Assembly: GCF_009914755.1 (NCBI RefSeq)
Contig: NC_060929.1
Source: the human T2T-CHM13v2.0 reference genome, Homo sapiens
Length of the DNA: 64,000 nt
Direction: 5' to 3' (one strand)
Shown here: positions 30,545 to 43,070 of the stretch, piece after piece
How positions within the stretch are numbered: position 1 is the stretch's first letter
Layout of the letters: the number at the start of each line of letters is the position of its first letter
Notes under the pieces: model-generated
Seen by the model: only the letters and a program-made list of their open reading frames with translations
What the model was told of the DNA's origin: nothing
Databases searched by the model: none
Position numbers and translations under genes: made by a program

Positions 30545-30805
30545 ATAATAATAATGGCTAACACAATGATTTTTAGGATATGCTAGATGCTGTTCTAAGA
30601 GTTTTAGATACAGTAAGACATTGGATTTTTGCAGCATTCCTATGTGCTAAGTACTATTATTTTGCCCAATTTACAGAGGAGGAAGTTACAGAACAGAGGA
30701 GTTAAGCCACTCAAACAAGGTCACACAGCTAGTTAAGTGGTGGGATTTGAATCTAAGCATTTTGGCCTCAGAACCATGCTCTTAATCACTGCACTCTGCT
30801 ACCTT
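30545..30805 (-). mobile_element. MIR SINE in ATG10 intron
   Basis: 'cccaatttacagaggaggaag...aaggtcacacagctagttaagtgg tgggatttgaatc'. Confidence 0.75.
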
Positions 30806-31100
30806 AGTAAGTGCTGTAAACTGTAAGGGTAAAATTTGAATCATCAAGGGAAGTCAGGAGCCAGTACCTTACCTCATTCTTCAACTACCCTAATGAGGGA
30901 TCCTTACAGGCTCTCTGGACCTTAAATTCTTGTCAAGCAATGGGGCTGGCATTCAGAAATGCTGAGATTCCAGGTGGTAGGTACAAATCTTTGAAGAAAG
31001 CCTCACTTTTGTTATTGTTGGTGACCAACTGATGTTCTACCATTCATCCAAAAACTACAATGGAAACGTTAGCATGGCCTGTATTTCACTTGTTTCCTAG

Positions 31101-31212
31101 GAATGTCAACTATATCACATCATGGCTGAGCATTGTAGGGCCAGTTGTTGGGCTGAATCTACCTCTGAGTTATGCCAAAGCAACGTCTCAGGATGAACGA
31201 AATGTCCCTTAA
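31101..31212 (+). CDS. ATG10: ATG10 last coding exon (aa ~184-220, stop); exon ends at 31216
   Basis: ttcctag|G AAT GTC...; phase matches previous exon; NVNYITSWLSIVGPVVGLNLPLSYAKATSQDERNVP*, TAA 31210-31212; donor CAAG|gtaaaa. Confidence 0.97.
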
Positions 31213-31379
31213 CAAGGTAAAAGAAAAGCCTGGATTTAATGTTTTGCCGTTACAAAGATCAATGTCTCCATTGCATTTAGACTCATCCCACCAAATGCAA
31301 AATTTGCTTTCATCTTTAGTGGGCAAACCCTGACTTAATTTTTAGTTTTCCAATCAGTCCCCTACCAAGTTATTTAGGA

Positions 31380-31706
31380 CAGGGATCCCCAAATCCCAGG
31401 CCATGGACCGGAACCAGGCCTCACAGCAGGAGGTGAGCGGCAGCTGGGTGGGCAAGCAAGCGAGCATTACCACCTGAGCTCTTCCTCCTATCAGATCAGC
31501 TGCAGCATTGGATCTGCATAGGAATGTGAACCCTATTGTGAACTGCGCATCTGAGGGACCTAGGTTGCGCGCTCCTTATGAGATTCTAACCAATGCCTGA
31601 TGATCTGAGGTGGAACAGTTTCATCCTGAAACCATCTCCCATTCGGTCTGTGAAAATGGTTTTCCCTGAAACTGGTGCCTGGTGCCAAAAAGGTTGGGGG
31701 CCACCA
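31380..31706 (+). mobile_element. MER1B hAT-Charlie DNA transposon
   Basis: 'cagggatcccc...cacagcaggaggtgagcgg...ggtgccaaaaaggttgggg'; 8-bp TSD atttagga/attcagga (7/8). Confidence 0.88.
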
Positions 31707-32060
31707 ATTCAGGAAATATTTTACTTTGCTGTAAGTAGCATGCACTCAGTGACAGGAATGGATAGTTTTATTTTAGTACTGATATTCTTAAATAAGTCTT
31801 TACTGCTCAGTTATTTTTCTTTTATTCTCTTGGCTTTTGTTTTATGTTCTTCAGATTCTTCTATTGAGTTTAGGAATTGCGGCACGAAGAATGCCAAGAG
31901 TTTACCTGGCCAGCCCTGGCTTTAATAGGACTGATACCATGGAATATTTCATCTCACCAAGATGTGACATGGATTATTTTTCCCTTGGACACAAATGTCT
32001 ACAGCAACTGGTGTTTGATAGGCTGAATGTTTAGAAGAAACACTTCAAAGGGATACATCA

Positions 32061-32405
<345 letters not shown>

Positions 32406-32664
32406 TTATTAATACTAGGAATACCAACATTATTAGGGCACTTGCAGGTTATTCTTTTCTAGGCCAAGTACTTCACTTCCATTTGTCTGACATGGAGATT
32501 GAGGGAGAAATGTATTTGTGTGTTCATTTTAATGTAAGATATATAAAAATTAAATTACTGGATTTACCTGTCCCTGAAACTGGTGTTATAAACATGACCT
32601 ATCTTAAGTGATTTTCCCACAATCAAACTCAGGAACAATAGATTATTTCTGTTTTACTCCAAAA

Positions 32665-32726
32665 GAGAGAGAGAGAGTGAGTGTGAGTGTGTGTGTGTGT
32701 GTGTGTGTATGTGTGGGTGTTTGTGT
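32665..32726. repeat. Compound (GA)n(GT)n microsatellite
   Basis: Directly visible. Confidence 0.95.
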
Positions 32727-32869
32727 AGATAGTTGTAAAACAAAGAAAAAACACAATATTTTACTGTGAGATAATATGTTTTACCAGCAAAGTGTGGCAT
32801 AGTAATTAGAAGTTTTCTAAAAAGCTATAGGAGATATTTAAACATTAAAATTTCTTTTTGACCTATAGT

Positions 32870-32875
32870 AATAAA
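32870..32875 (+). terminator. Candidate ATG10 polyadenylation signal AATAAA
   Basis: Canonical hexamer in the terminal exon. Confidence 0.5.
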
Positions 32876-35800
32876 ACAATGGTCATTTTACCCCTCTGCT
32901 TCTCAACCCCACAGCTGCTCTGCTGTACTCTTTGAGGGCTCTTGAGCGAGTCTTCATGTCCCTGAGACTTATTTTCCTCATCTTTAATTTGAAACTAACA
33001 AGCTACCTCATAGGGTTGCTGTGAGAACCACATGAGATCATTAATGCATGATAAGATATTGTAAAGTATTATACGAATATTCATTAAATGCTCACCTTTC
33101 TTGTATATAATTGGTATTCACTAAGGCTGTAAATAAGTTTCATAGCCAGTTAAGTATTAAGATAAACCTAACCTGGAACAATTTTTTTTTTGGTTGCTTG
33201 TTTTGTTTTTTGCTTTCATTTGCTAGGAGCTGAAACGAAGATTAAAATGTCATTGGCTTTTTAGAGAGTCTAGATTAGTGTGTCTTTGAATGAGGGATAT
33301 ACTTAAAATCACCTGAGGATCGTTTACAGCTACAGATGCTGGGGCCACCTGACACAGTCTCTCTGGGGGTGATTCTGCTCTGGAGAACCTCTGGTCTGGA
33401 TATACCTTTATTGTGACATTGATTTGTATTGTTTTGCTCTACTGACAGGCCTTTTCCAATCCATACAAGCTGAACTTGCTTCCTAATGTTTGTCTAGGCC
33501 TTACATGGATAGTAAGGAAGCTTAGGAGACATGTACACAAGGCAGCCCACTTGTAGGAAACTGCTTCAGGTGAGGACATCATTCACCAGTGGATCACCGA
33601 GCACCGTGACAGCACCCTCAGTCCACGTCTGCAGATTAAGAGCTGAACTCTCACAGAGAAAGTGGAAGTAGAGAAAGGGTTAATTCAAACTGCTAGAAAA
33701 GCTAAAAGTAAATTTTAAAATGCTGAGCTGCCCATATTCATGCTAGGATGAGAGCCGGCTTAAATGCTTGCTGGGCATTTTGGTATTTACCACTTAGCAT
33801 GTTTTCAACTTCTGTGAGGGATTTTCCCCCCAATCTCCCTAATGTAAACACAGATTTCTCAGCAAGTCATTTCTCAAGCCATGTCATTTCTAGTGTAAAA
33901 TAAATTATAATAATGTGTCATCTGAATGGTGTTCTTGTCTGCAAACATTAGTTATCCTTTGCTAACAGATTCTGAGATGAGAGTCTATCAGTTTGGAGCC
34001 AATGTTTAGTTTTTTTTAAAAAAAGTTAAAAATACAACTTTTTCTCTGATCAACAAAGACCTAAAAATTCATCAGTGGCAGAAAAAAGTTCCAAGGAGCT
34101 CCTGTAGACTGGGGAGGCCTTTCTTCCCAGATAGATCCATCTCCTCAAGCAGCTTGATTTCTTTCTAGAATTTTTTTCACTTAAAAAACTTCTAATTTTT
34201 GGTTGATAACAATTTCCATTTTTATAAATGCAGTTATGCTAACAGAATGTTATCCTGACAGTTATTAAACATTAGAAGATATTTGGTTTTGTTGAAGTAA
34301 CTGTTCTTTCTCGGCAATATGAGGATTTTTTCTCCCTGCTTCCTCAAATAATGTACAACATCTATCAGAAATAAGGCTGGGTAAAGTCGCTTCCAGCTCA
34401 CCTCCTAAATTCTGCTTCTGTGTGACCTTGGAAAAATTTCTTCACCTCTGTGGTCCTCAGTTTCTTTATTTGTAAAATAGGGAAATTCAGCTATGTGTCT
34501 TTTGCGACAACCGTGAATTTTTAGGTCTGTGAAATAGAAGTCCAGAGATCTAAACTGTGAGGCTGGTTAACTGCTAGCTGTGTGACTTGGGCCAATTTTC
34601 TTATTTCCTTCTTAAACTATTTCTGAAAAATAAAGCCCACAGTATCTATGCTGCTTACCTGACAAGGGCATAGAGAAGATCAAAATGATACATAAAACTG
34701 AATGTGCTTTAACCAAGGCAGTGAGACATGGAGTGAGGGGTGACAGTGGATAATGACCTGCTCCTTCAGCGACACTAGCATCCCTACTCCTCTCCACCTC
34801 ATTGTATGTCTGAGCCCTCCCCAGTGCCAAGCGCTCTCTGATCTGGGGAGTCTTTTCCTTCACACCCTTAGCTGACTGTTGCTTATGCTGGTGCCCACCT
34901 GGAAGTGCTTCCTTCCCCACAGGTCTACCCAATTCCCACCCTGGTGTTGGTGATTCACTGTCACAAAGCCACCTCTGACCACCACAGACCCCAATCAGTG
35001 CTCCCTTCATTACTCACCATCCTTAGTCACTATGAGCTTTTAGCTGCCTCTCTTCCGCTCTAATTTCTCCCCAACTTGATAAGTATTAATTAAGTCATTT
35101 CAGGTGTTGGCCACTGTCCTTGATTTGCTGTGTTGCAGCATACACAGAAGAATGTCTGTGTGTGCCACCTAAGTAGAAAGGCTCTTGGGTTGGGAATTTG
35201 AGAGGTGGGAAAACTCTTTGAGGGACCAGTGGAGGGAGCAGTGAGGGGAGCAGAGGCTGTGTTGCTCAGCAGGTACTAGCCTACGAGCTAGAGGTTAAAA
35301 AAACAAAATTCCCCTTCCCCCCAACAAAGGCTTATTAAAATCAAGAGAAAAAAGGCCAGAACTGGGTTTTTGCATGTATTTCTCCTATGATAGGTATAGT
35401 GGTTTTTATTCATACTCCCAAAATATTAGGAAATAGAGCTCTGCAATGTCAAAATCAGCTCTTACATAATCCAGAGATATTCCAGTGAGGTTTTTTTAGG
35501 GTTAAAATTTAAGAATGAGAATATGAAAATATTCACTTAAGCAGATTTCCTCTTACATACTGAATCCTAGGCCAGGTGCCACAGATAGCAAATGGGGAGA
35601 CATAAGAATGCCATAGTCCAGTGGAGAGGACACACAAGAGGAAGCTTCAGGAACAGTAGGCTGCATGCTGTGGGCAAGCACATGCCAAGGAAGGCTTTGC
35701 AGAAGAGGAATGTGAGTGGAGTCTCGAAAACCTTATGACTTAGCCAGGTCAAGAGTGAAGGAAGAATCTTGAAGGTGCTTGTAGGGAAGTGGTGAAGAAT

Positions 35801-36272
35801 CAAGCTGGCTAGAGCAGGACTGGGGCCAGCTCGGGAAGAGTCTTTACTGTCACACTGAGAATTTGTATTTGGCCCGAAAACCACAGCCACTGCTGGGATT
35901 CAAATAGAAAAGTTAAAGTGATCACATTTGCGTTTAAGAAAGAACCTGTATTTTTAAATGGCTGCTGCATATAACTAATCATCCATACACTTTGTCAGGT
36001 TTCGTTTTGTTTTGTTTTTACTGCAGTGTCTTAGCCACAGGATTTAGAAGGTTGAGGAGCACAGCAGGGGCTGAGATTGTGCCAAAGACACTTCAGTTTT
36101 TACCTAGGGTCTTCCAAAACAAAACCTGCCAGTGTCCTGAAAAGCCTTGAATTCTGACTACTGAGTTACCTGGGGCAAGTCACTGCACCTCTCTGGGCCT
36201 CTGTTTTCTGATATATTAACATAAGAAAGTGTATTTGATTGAGTAAAATCAATTTATTGTTTTGTAACAAGC

Positions 36273-36576
36273 TTTTTTTTTTTTTTTTTTTGAAATAAGG
36301 TCTTACTCTGTTGCCTAGGCTGGAGTGCAATGGCTTGATCTTGACTCACTCCAGCCTGACCTCCTGGGCTCAAGGGATCCTCTCATTGCAGTCTCCTGAG
36401 TAGCTAGGACTACAGGCGCATGCCACCACGCCTGGTTAATTTTGCTTATTTTTTGTAGAGATGAGGTCTCACTATGTTGCCCAGACTGTACTTGAACCCC
36501 TAGGCTCAAGAGATCCTCCTATCTCAGCCTCCCAAAGTACTGGGATTACACAGGTGTGAGCCGCTATGCCCAGCCA
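36273..36576 (-). mobile_element. Alu (J family)
   Basis: Dimeric Alu on -, J-type diagnostic sequence. Confidence 0.93.
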
Positions 36577-36679
36577 GTTTTTTTTTTTTTTTAATGAAAT
36601 AGAATACATAAAAAAGAAAATATCAAAGTGCACTACACATAGTAAGGGCATTATTGTTTTGTGAAACTTTGGTTTCAAC

Positions 36680-36812
36680 TATATGTTTTATATATATATT
36701 TATATATATATATATACACACACATATTTTATATATATACACACACATATATTTTATATATATATGAAATCTGTGTGTGTGTGTGTCCACACACGCACAC
36801 ATGCACGTGTGC
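36680..36812. repeat. (TA)n/(CA)n/(TG)n low-complexity microsatellite
   Basis: Directly visible. Confidence 0.9.
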
Positions 36813-38332
36813 ACTGGGTTGTAACATAGACTGTATTTCTAGTGCCAGAAAATAGAAATCTGAAAACTGATGGACAAATAAGCTTCCTTCCTATTCTAAG
36901 ACTTGATTCTCCTTATGCTGCTGACCAGTAAGTTGCTGAAGGCTATTCTATTAATAGAAGGGTATAGGAAGTACTTAACAATTATTGTTTCTGCGGCACT
37001 TCATGTGCACAAAGGTGTTTGAAGCTACTCCTCTGGATTTTTACAGGGCTTCTCTATGGAAGCATTTTCACATTTTTATTCCTAAATCTGGTAGTTCTTT
37101 ACAGTAATCCTGTGATCTCAAGCCCTTGCTTTAACTTTTGTATTGTTAGTAGTGACATCTAGTGGTTCTGTTGCAAGTATCTTGCATTCTAGACCATTGG
37201 AGCTGAAAGTGATTTTAGTGACCACCAGGTCTCATTTTGTAAATTATTAAAAATAAACTGAAAACTCACATGTATTCCTACATTCAAATCAACTCTATAT
37301 AATAATAAATAAAACCTATAGCTGTGTAATGCTTTCTTGGATTACTTTGAAGCTTTTCAAATACCCAGAAGTCACTGTTGGTTATAACCATGAGGCAGAA
37401 ATTTAACAAAGCATGCCCTGATAAATTAAAAGGAAATCATAGTTCAGTATAGCTACAGCCTTTGGTGCATTGTTATTTACAGGTACATGCCAGAACCTCA
37501 GGCTTTCGCATGGTGCCTGGTGTTTGGTAGCACTCACTAAATCTTTGTTGAATGTTTGAATATGTGGGTGATCACGAAGCCCTGGAGAAGAATCACAGAA
37601 GATGTGGGACTTGAAGGACAGAGAATTTGATAAGAGGCTAGAAAGCTAAGCTTTTAAGTTAGGGGCCATGGAAGGCCAAAAAGGGAACCATGAGTAGGAC
37701 CCAACAGGGCACCTTTCAAGGTTTTAACAGAGAAAGTTGACTATGTGTAGTTGTTGGAGGACTCATTTGGAAGTGGTAAATTGGATGGATTAGAAGGAAG
37801 AGAAACTGGATAGAGGCCAAGAAGCTAATGTAGTGGTGAAGTGATGAATTTCTAAGTTAGGAAGGTGACAGAGTAAAGAGAAAGAAATCAGTGTCAGAGA
37901 CATTTTGAGAACCAGAACTTGATGTGAAGAGAATGAGAAGACACTTGTTATGACTTGGTTATGGCTTACATTCTATACTGGGAGTCCCTGTCCAGGCCTG
38001 GACCGTCTTCCTTGGTCTCTGTTCTGCAGGTATCAGGGATTGAACTTGCTTTCTTCTTTCAAGAAGTGCCACCCACCCTATCCTGTGAGCAGATTTCTTT
38101 CTCCCGACCAGCAGCAGAGTGAGATGTAGTCTCCTCGTGCTGTCCTTCAGTAGCTTCAAAGAAACAGTCCCCAGGCCCTTTCCTGCTTATCCATAGGGAA
38201 ATGGCTAAGTAAAATGTTGTACTATGTAGCAGTTAAGGGGAATGAATTCAATCTCCATGTATCAAAATGGGCACATCTCAAGAAACATTACTGAGTTAAA
38301 ACAGAAAACAAATAGTAGATGTTAACTATGAG

Positions 38333-38703
38333 CTGTGTTTGAAAGTGTCCCCCCAAAAAGCATGTATGTGTTGGAAAGCTAATCACTGTTCTAACAGTTA
38401 TTAAGAGGTGGGACATTTAAGAGATGATTAGGCCATGAGGACTCTGCCTTTCTGAATGAAATAATGCCATTGTTGCAGGAGTGGTTCCTTTCAAAAGGAT
38501 GGGTTTGGCACCCTCTTGCTTACTCTCTCTCACCCATGTGATGCCTTCTACCATGTTATGAAGCAGTAAAAAAGGCCTCACCAGATGCAACCCCTCGATC
38601 TTGGACTTCCCAGCCTCTAGAGCTGTGAGCCAATAAAGTTCTGTTCATTTTAAATTACCCAGTCTGTAGTGTTCCATTATAGCAGCACAAAATAGACTAA
38701 GAA
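38333..38703 (+). mobile_element. MST-family MaLR solo LTR
   Basis: 'tcttggacttcccagcctctagagctgtgagccaataaag...ttatagcagcacaaaatagactaaga'. Confidence 0.85.
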
Positions 38704-39426
38704 GTCACTATGCATGCAGCTTGATACTGTTTATATTTTAAAATGCACTAATACCATGTATTTTCTATAGGTACATATACTGCAAGTGTATGAAAAATAT
38801 AAAAAGTGATCTAGAAGGAAGGACACCAAACTTGTAAAAAAGGTGATCCAAGACTTCTTTGATCACTCTTTGCAGGTATAGAGTGGGAACTTGGTTTGGA
38901 AGTAATCAAAGAAGACTTTGGCTCTTTTTGTAATGCTAGACTTAATCTATCCATAGAATGTAAAACTAGAAATTCCTTTTTAAAAAAAGATTTGAGTCCT
39001 CATAGATAATTTGGGAAACACAGAAGAATTTGAAGGAGAATATTTAAAAATCACTGAAGTGTATATCATCTAGAATAACTGCTTTTAAATTTTTTATGTA
39101 TTTCCTTGTGCTAGTTTAAACATATTTAATTAGGAGCATCCTGTATATGGTTTTACATCCTGCTTTTTTCCACTTAACAATATATCTGGAACATTTTCTC
39201 ATGTCATTTAATGTTCTTTGAAAATACTATTTTAAATGACTAGCTAGGATTTCTTCTATTCCAAAATGTACCAAATAATTATCCTATTGTTTGAGTTTTG
39301 GTCTTTTCTAATTCCTCACTGTTTATTTAACATACATTCATTTCAGCACTTTTTCGTGTCAGGAACTGTTCTAGGAATATAGTGGTCAGTAGGGCAGACA
39401 AAGCCCCTACCCTCAAAGAGCTTTCA

Positions 39427-39811
<385 letters not shown>

Positions 39812-40912
39812 TTAATGGAATTAATGGATCAAAGGATATAGGATCATGTCACTAAATTGTTCCCCAGTAAGGATATAGCAATTTACATTCCCAGCAGCAG
39901 TCTGTGTTTTATCATTTTCTTAAATCTTTGAAAATTATTTTACTTTGCTTTAATCACTGAATTAAACATTTTTCTCTTGTCTTGCTAAGATTTCGTGGAT
40001 CCTCAGCTTCATTTCTTCTTAATATGTTATATTTTTCTTAGCATGTTAAATTTCATTTTCTCACCTTCTTCTTGTGACTTCATTGCCCCTACATGTCCAT
40101 TGTGCTCCTATAAGAGCAGATTGTCCATGTTCTGGTTCAGTTTAACCAGAGAATATGCAGTTAAACAATTGGAATATGTATGTAATTTTAAAAAAATATT
40201 ATGGAAAATTTCAAATATATGCAAAAATAGTACAATTAACCTTCACATACCTATAAATTGGAATCAACAATTACCAAGATTTTGCCATATTTGTTTCACT
40301 TAACCCTTTTTTTCTTACTGTGCTCAAATACTTTTAAGCAGTAACAGACTTTATGTCATTTGTTTTTACAGGTGCATACTGAACATTTTTATTTGATTTA
40401 TTCCTTCCATTCTTAGATGTTAAAAACATCTTTGGGTTTTTGTCCTCTGCTTTTATGCCTGAGGGTGAGGCTTTGTGCCCTCTTTCTAATTTTTACAAAT
40501 AGCATGGGAACTTTTCCCTAAAATGACCATAATTAGGGCAGCCATGAAATAAAAGCAGAATGTAAAATGTGCATTTTGCAGGTTCTGCAGACTGGATCAT
40601 CTACAGAACTGGACAACATTGGGAACACTCATAAACCATGTCAAACCACAGTCCACTTCTCTCAGTTGTTCTCAACTGTGATTAAAATGGAAAATTATGT
40701 AATATGTGACTAAATCCTCATTGTTGTACAGGTTGAAATAGTAGCTGGCTTCTTGTGTTAGGAACTCATATACACAAATATACACACATAATTGGAAAAT
40801 TCTGCATATAGTTTCAGGCGTTCCTAGTCCCTCTAAAATCCACCTATGGGCCAAACCCTATCCATCTATGGGAATCCTGGCAAATAAATTCCACTCACAA
40901 TGGCTTTCTTTC

Positions 40913-40915
<3 letters not shown>

Positions 40916-40948
<33 letters not shown>
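40916..40948. repeat. (CA)n microsatellite
   Basis: Directly visible. Confidence 0.95.
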
Positions 40949-40950
<2 letters not shown>

Positions 40951-41529
40951 GGAGGAAGATGAGTATGTTGATAAGGAGAAAAGTATTTAATTATAAACAT
41001 ATAAGAAAATGTGTAAAATACAGAACAAACAAAATCAACTATTGTATACTATAATTAAGATCCTGGAGAAATACTTGGAACCTATTAGGAACTTGTGGGG
41101 GAAAAGTTGTCATACTACCTGCAAACACACACGAACAGAGTACCTAAAGTTGTCAAACTGTATAGAAAAAAGAATCTTATTATAAGCTGGATAAATTCAT
41201 AAAGCTATTGGAGAAAAAAGATATGACAAAATCTATTTAATACCAGTTTCCAAAGCAAGAAATGAACAAGACACGTTTTAAAAAGTAACAGTTCTCTCTA
41301 CTGTTCTCAGCTGTGATTGAAATGAAAAATTATTTAAAGCATGTCTTACTTTGCCCATTATTGTACAGATTTAAACATTAGCTGGTTGCTGAAAGAGGTA
41401 AGTAAGCATTATAATACATCTGTTAGCATATACACTTTGAAATTTGGGTTTGCTCTGTATGTCCTACACTTTTAGCACAGCCAAGCAATGTAGCCCCTTG
41501 TTCTATTTATTTTTTTCTTTTTCTTTCTT

Positions 41530-41833
41530 TCTTTTTTTTTTTTTTTTTTTTGGAGAGGGAGTCTCACTCTGTTACCCAGGCTGGAGTGCAGTGGTGCGAT
41601 CTCGGCTGACCACACCCTCTGCCTCCTGGGTTCAAGTGATTCTCCCACCTGAGCCTCCCAGGTAGCTGGGACTACAGGTGTGCGCCACCACGCCCAGCTA
41701 ATTTTTTGTATTTTTAGTAGAGACAGGGTTTTGCCATGTTGGCCAGGCTGGTCTCAAACTCCTGACCTCAGGTGATCCGCCCGCCTCAGCCTCCGAAAGT
41801 GCTGGGATTACAAGCGTGAGCCACTGTGCCCGG
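41530..41833 (-). mobile_element. Alu (Sx-like)
   Basis: Dimeric Alu on -. Confidence 0.95.
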
Positions 41834-41870
41834 ATTTCTATTTCTAATTAACTATAATAAAAGAGTTTTA

Positions 41871-42163
<293 letters not shown>

Positions 42164-42930
42164 TTAGAAGGCTAGATTTAAAAATTTCTCCCACACTGTG
42201 ACTAGATTAGAGAACAGAATTCATGCCAACAATAACTTATTACCACAAATAAGCAGAGTAAAAGGAGCTGGTACTTCTGTGGCTAGATCTGACTAGTGAC
42301 CTGGGGACTTTGATTTCCTCCTTACCCTCCTTACCATCAGAATTGCTGTTTGCAAGCTTCAGGTCAGCTGGAAAGCAGAGTGCATTAAGGAAGGAATTTG
42401 TGATGGTGCTCATCGCACACATCTGAGAGCTGTGTGTGAGTGGCTCCCTTGTTTTTGAAGATACACATCATATATTAGAGGCTTAAGTGACCATCTGAAT
42501 GAGGTGGCGACTGGGCATGTGCATATTTGAAAATATTAGTTATTTGTCACTCATGGTTCCCTTCAAATGTGTCACTCTAAAAAACTATTTTCTTCTATGA
42601 GACAATTTATGCTTTAAAACATTTAATTGTTAAATGTTTTAATGGTTTGCTCTACACCTTCTGTGGTGACATTAGTGTGACAATAAGCTATAAAAATCCA
42701 CTTCTCTTCCTCCGGTACTAACAAACATAATATCACTTTACCAAACAATAAGGACAAGATTTGTGTTAGAAACGAAGACTGCTCAGTATAACCAGCAAAG
42801 ACAGTCCCCCAACTACAGTAGCATGAGAATGTGAGTTAATGCTTAAATAATCCACTGACATAGATTTTATAGGTTAAAATAAAGATTACATAAGTTACTG
42901 TTAGTGAACATTTTATTGTAATATGGTAAT

Positions 42931-43070
42931 TTATTATCGTAGTCTCTTTTCTTGGCTTTATGCAAAGCCAATAAAGAAAAACGCTAGCTACTTTGACAAC
43001 CTTCCAACAGATTCCAGGAATATTATCCACAGCGTGACCATTATGACCAATCCTACAACTAGACATTTTC
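42931..43070 (-). pseudogene. Decayed unprocessed duplicate of RPS23 exon 4
   Basis: Aligns by eye codon for codon to 53894-54040 (GHAVDNIPGICWKVVKVASV vs [20 protein letters not shown]); keeps acceptor TTTCATTCCAG|GAAAATG vs TTTTATTCCAG|GAAAATG; indels -7, -1, +2, -1. Confidence 0.9.

Noticed and set aside
42931-43070. Processed RPS23 pseudogene interpretation
   Set aside because: Homology starts at the intron 3 acceptor and does not continue into exon 3; no poly-A tail or TSD.
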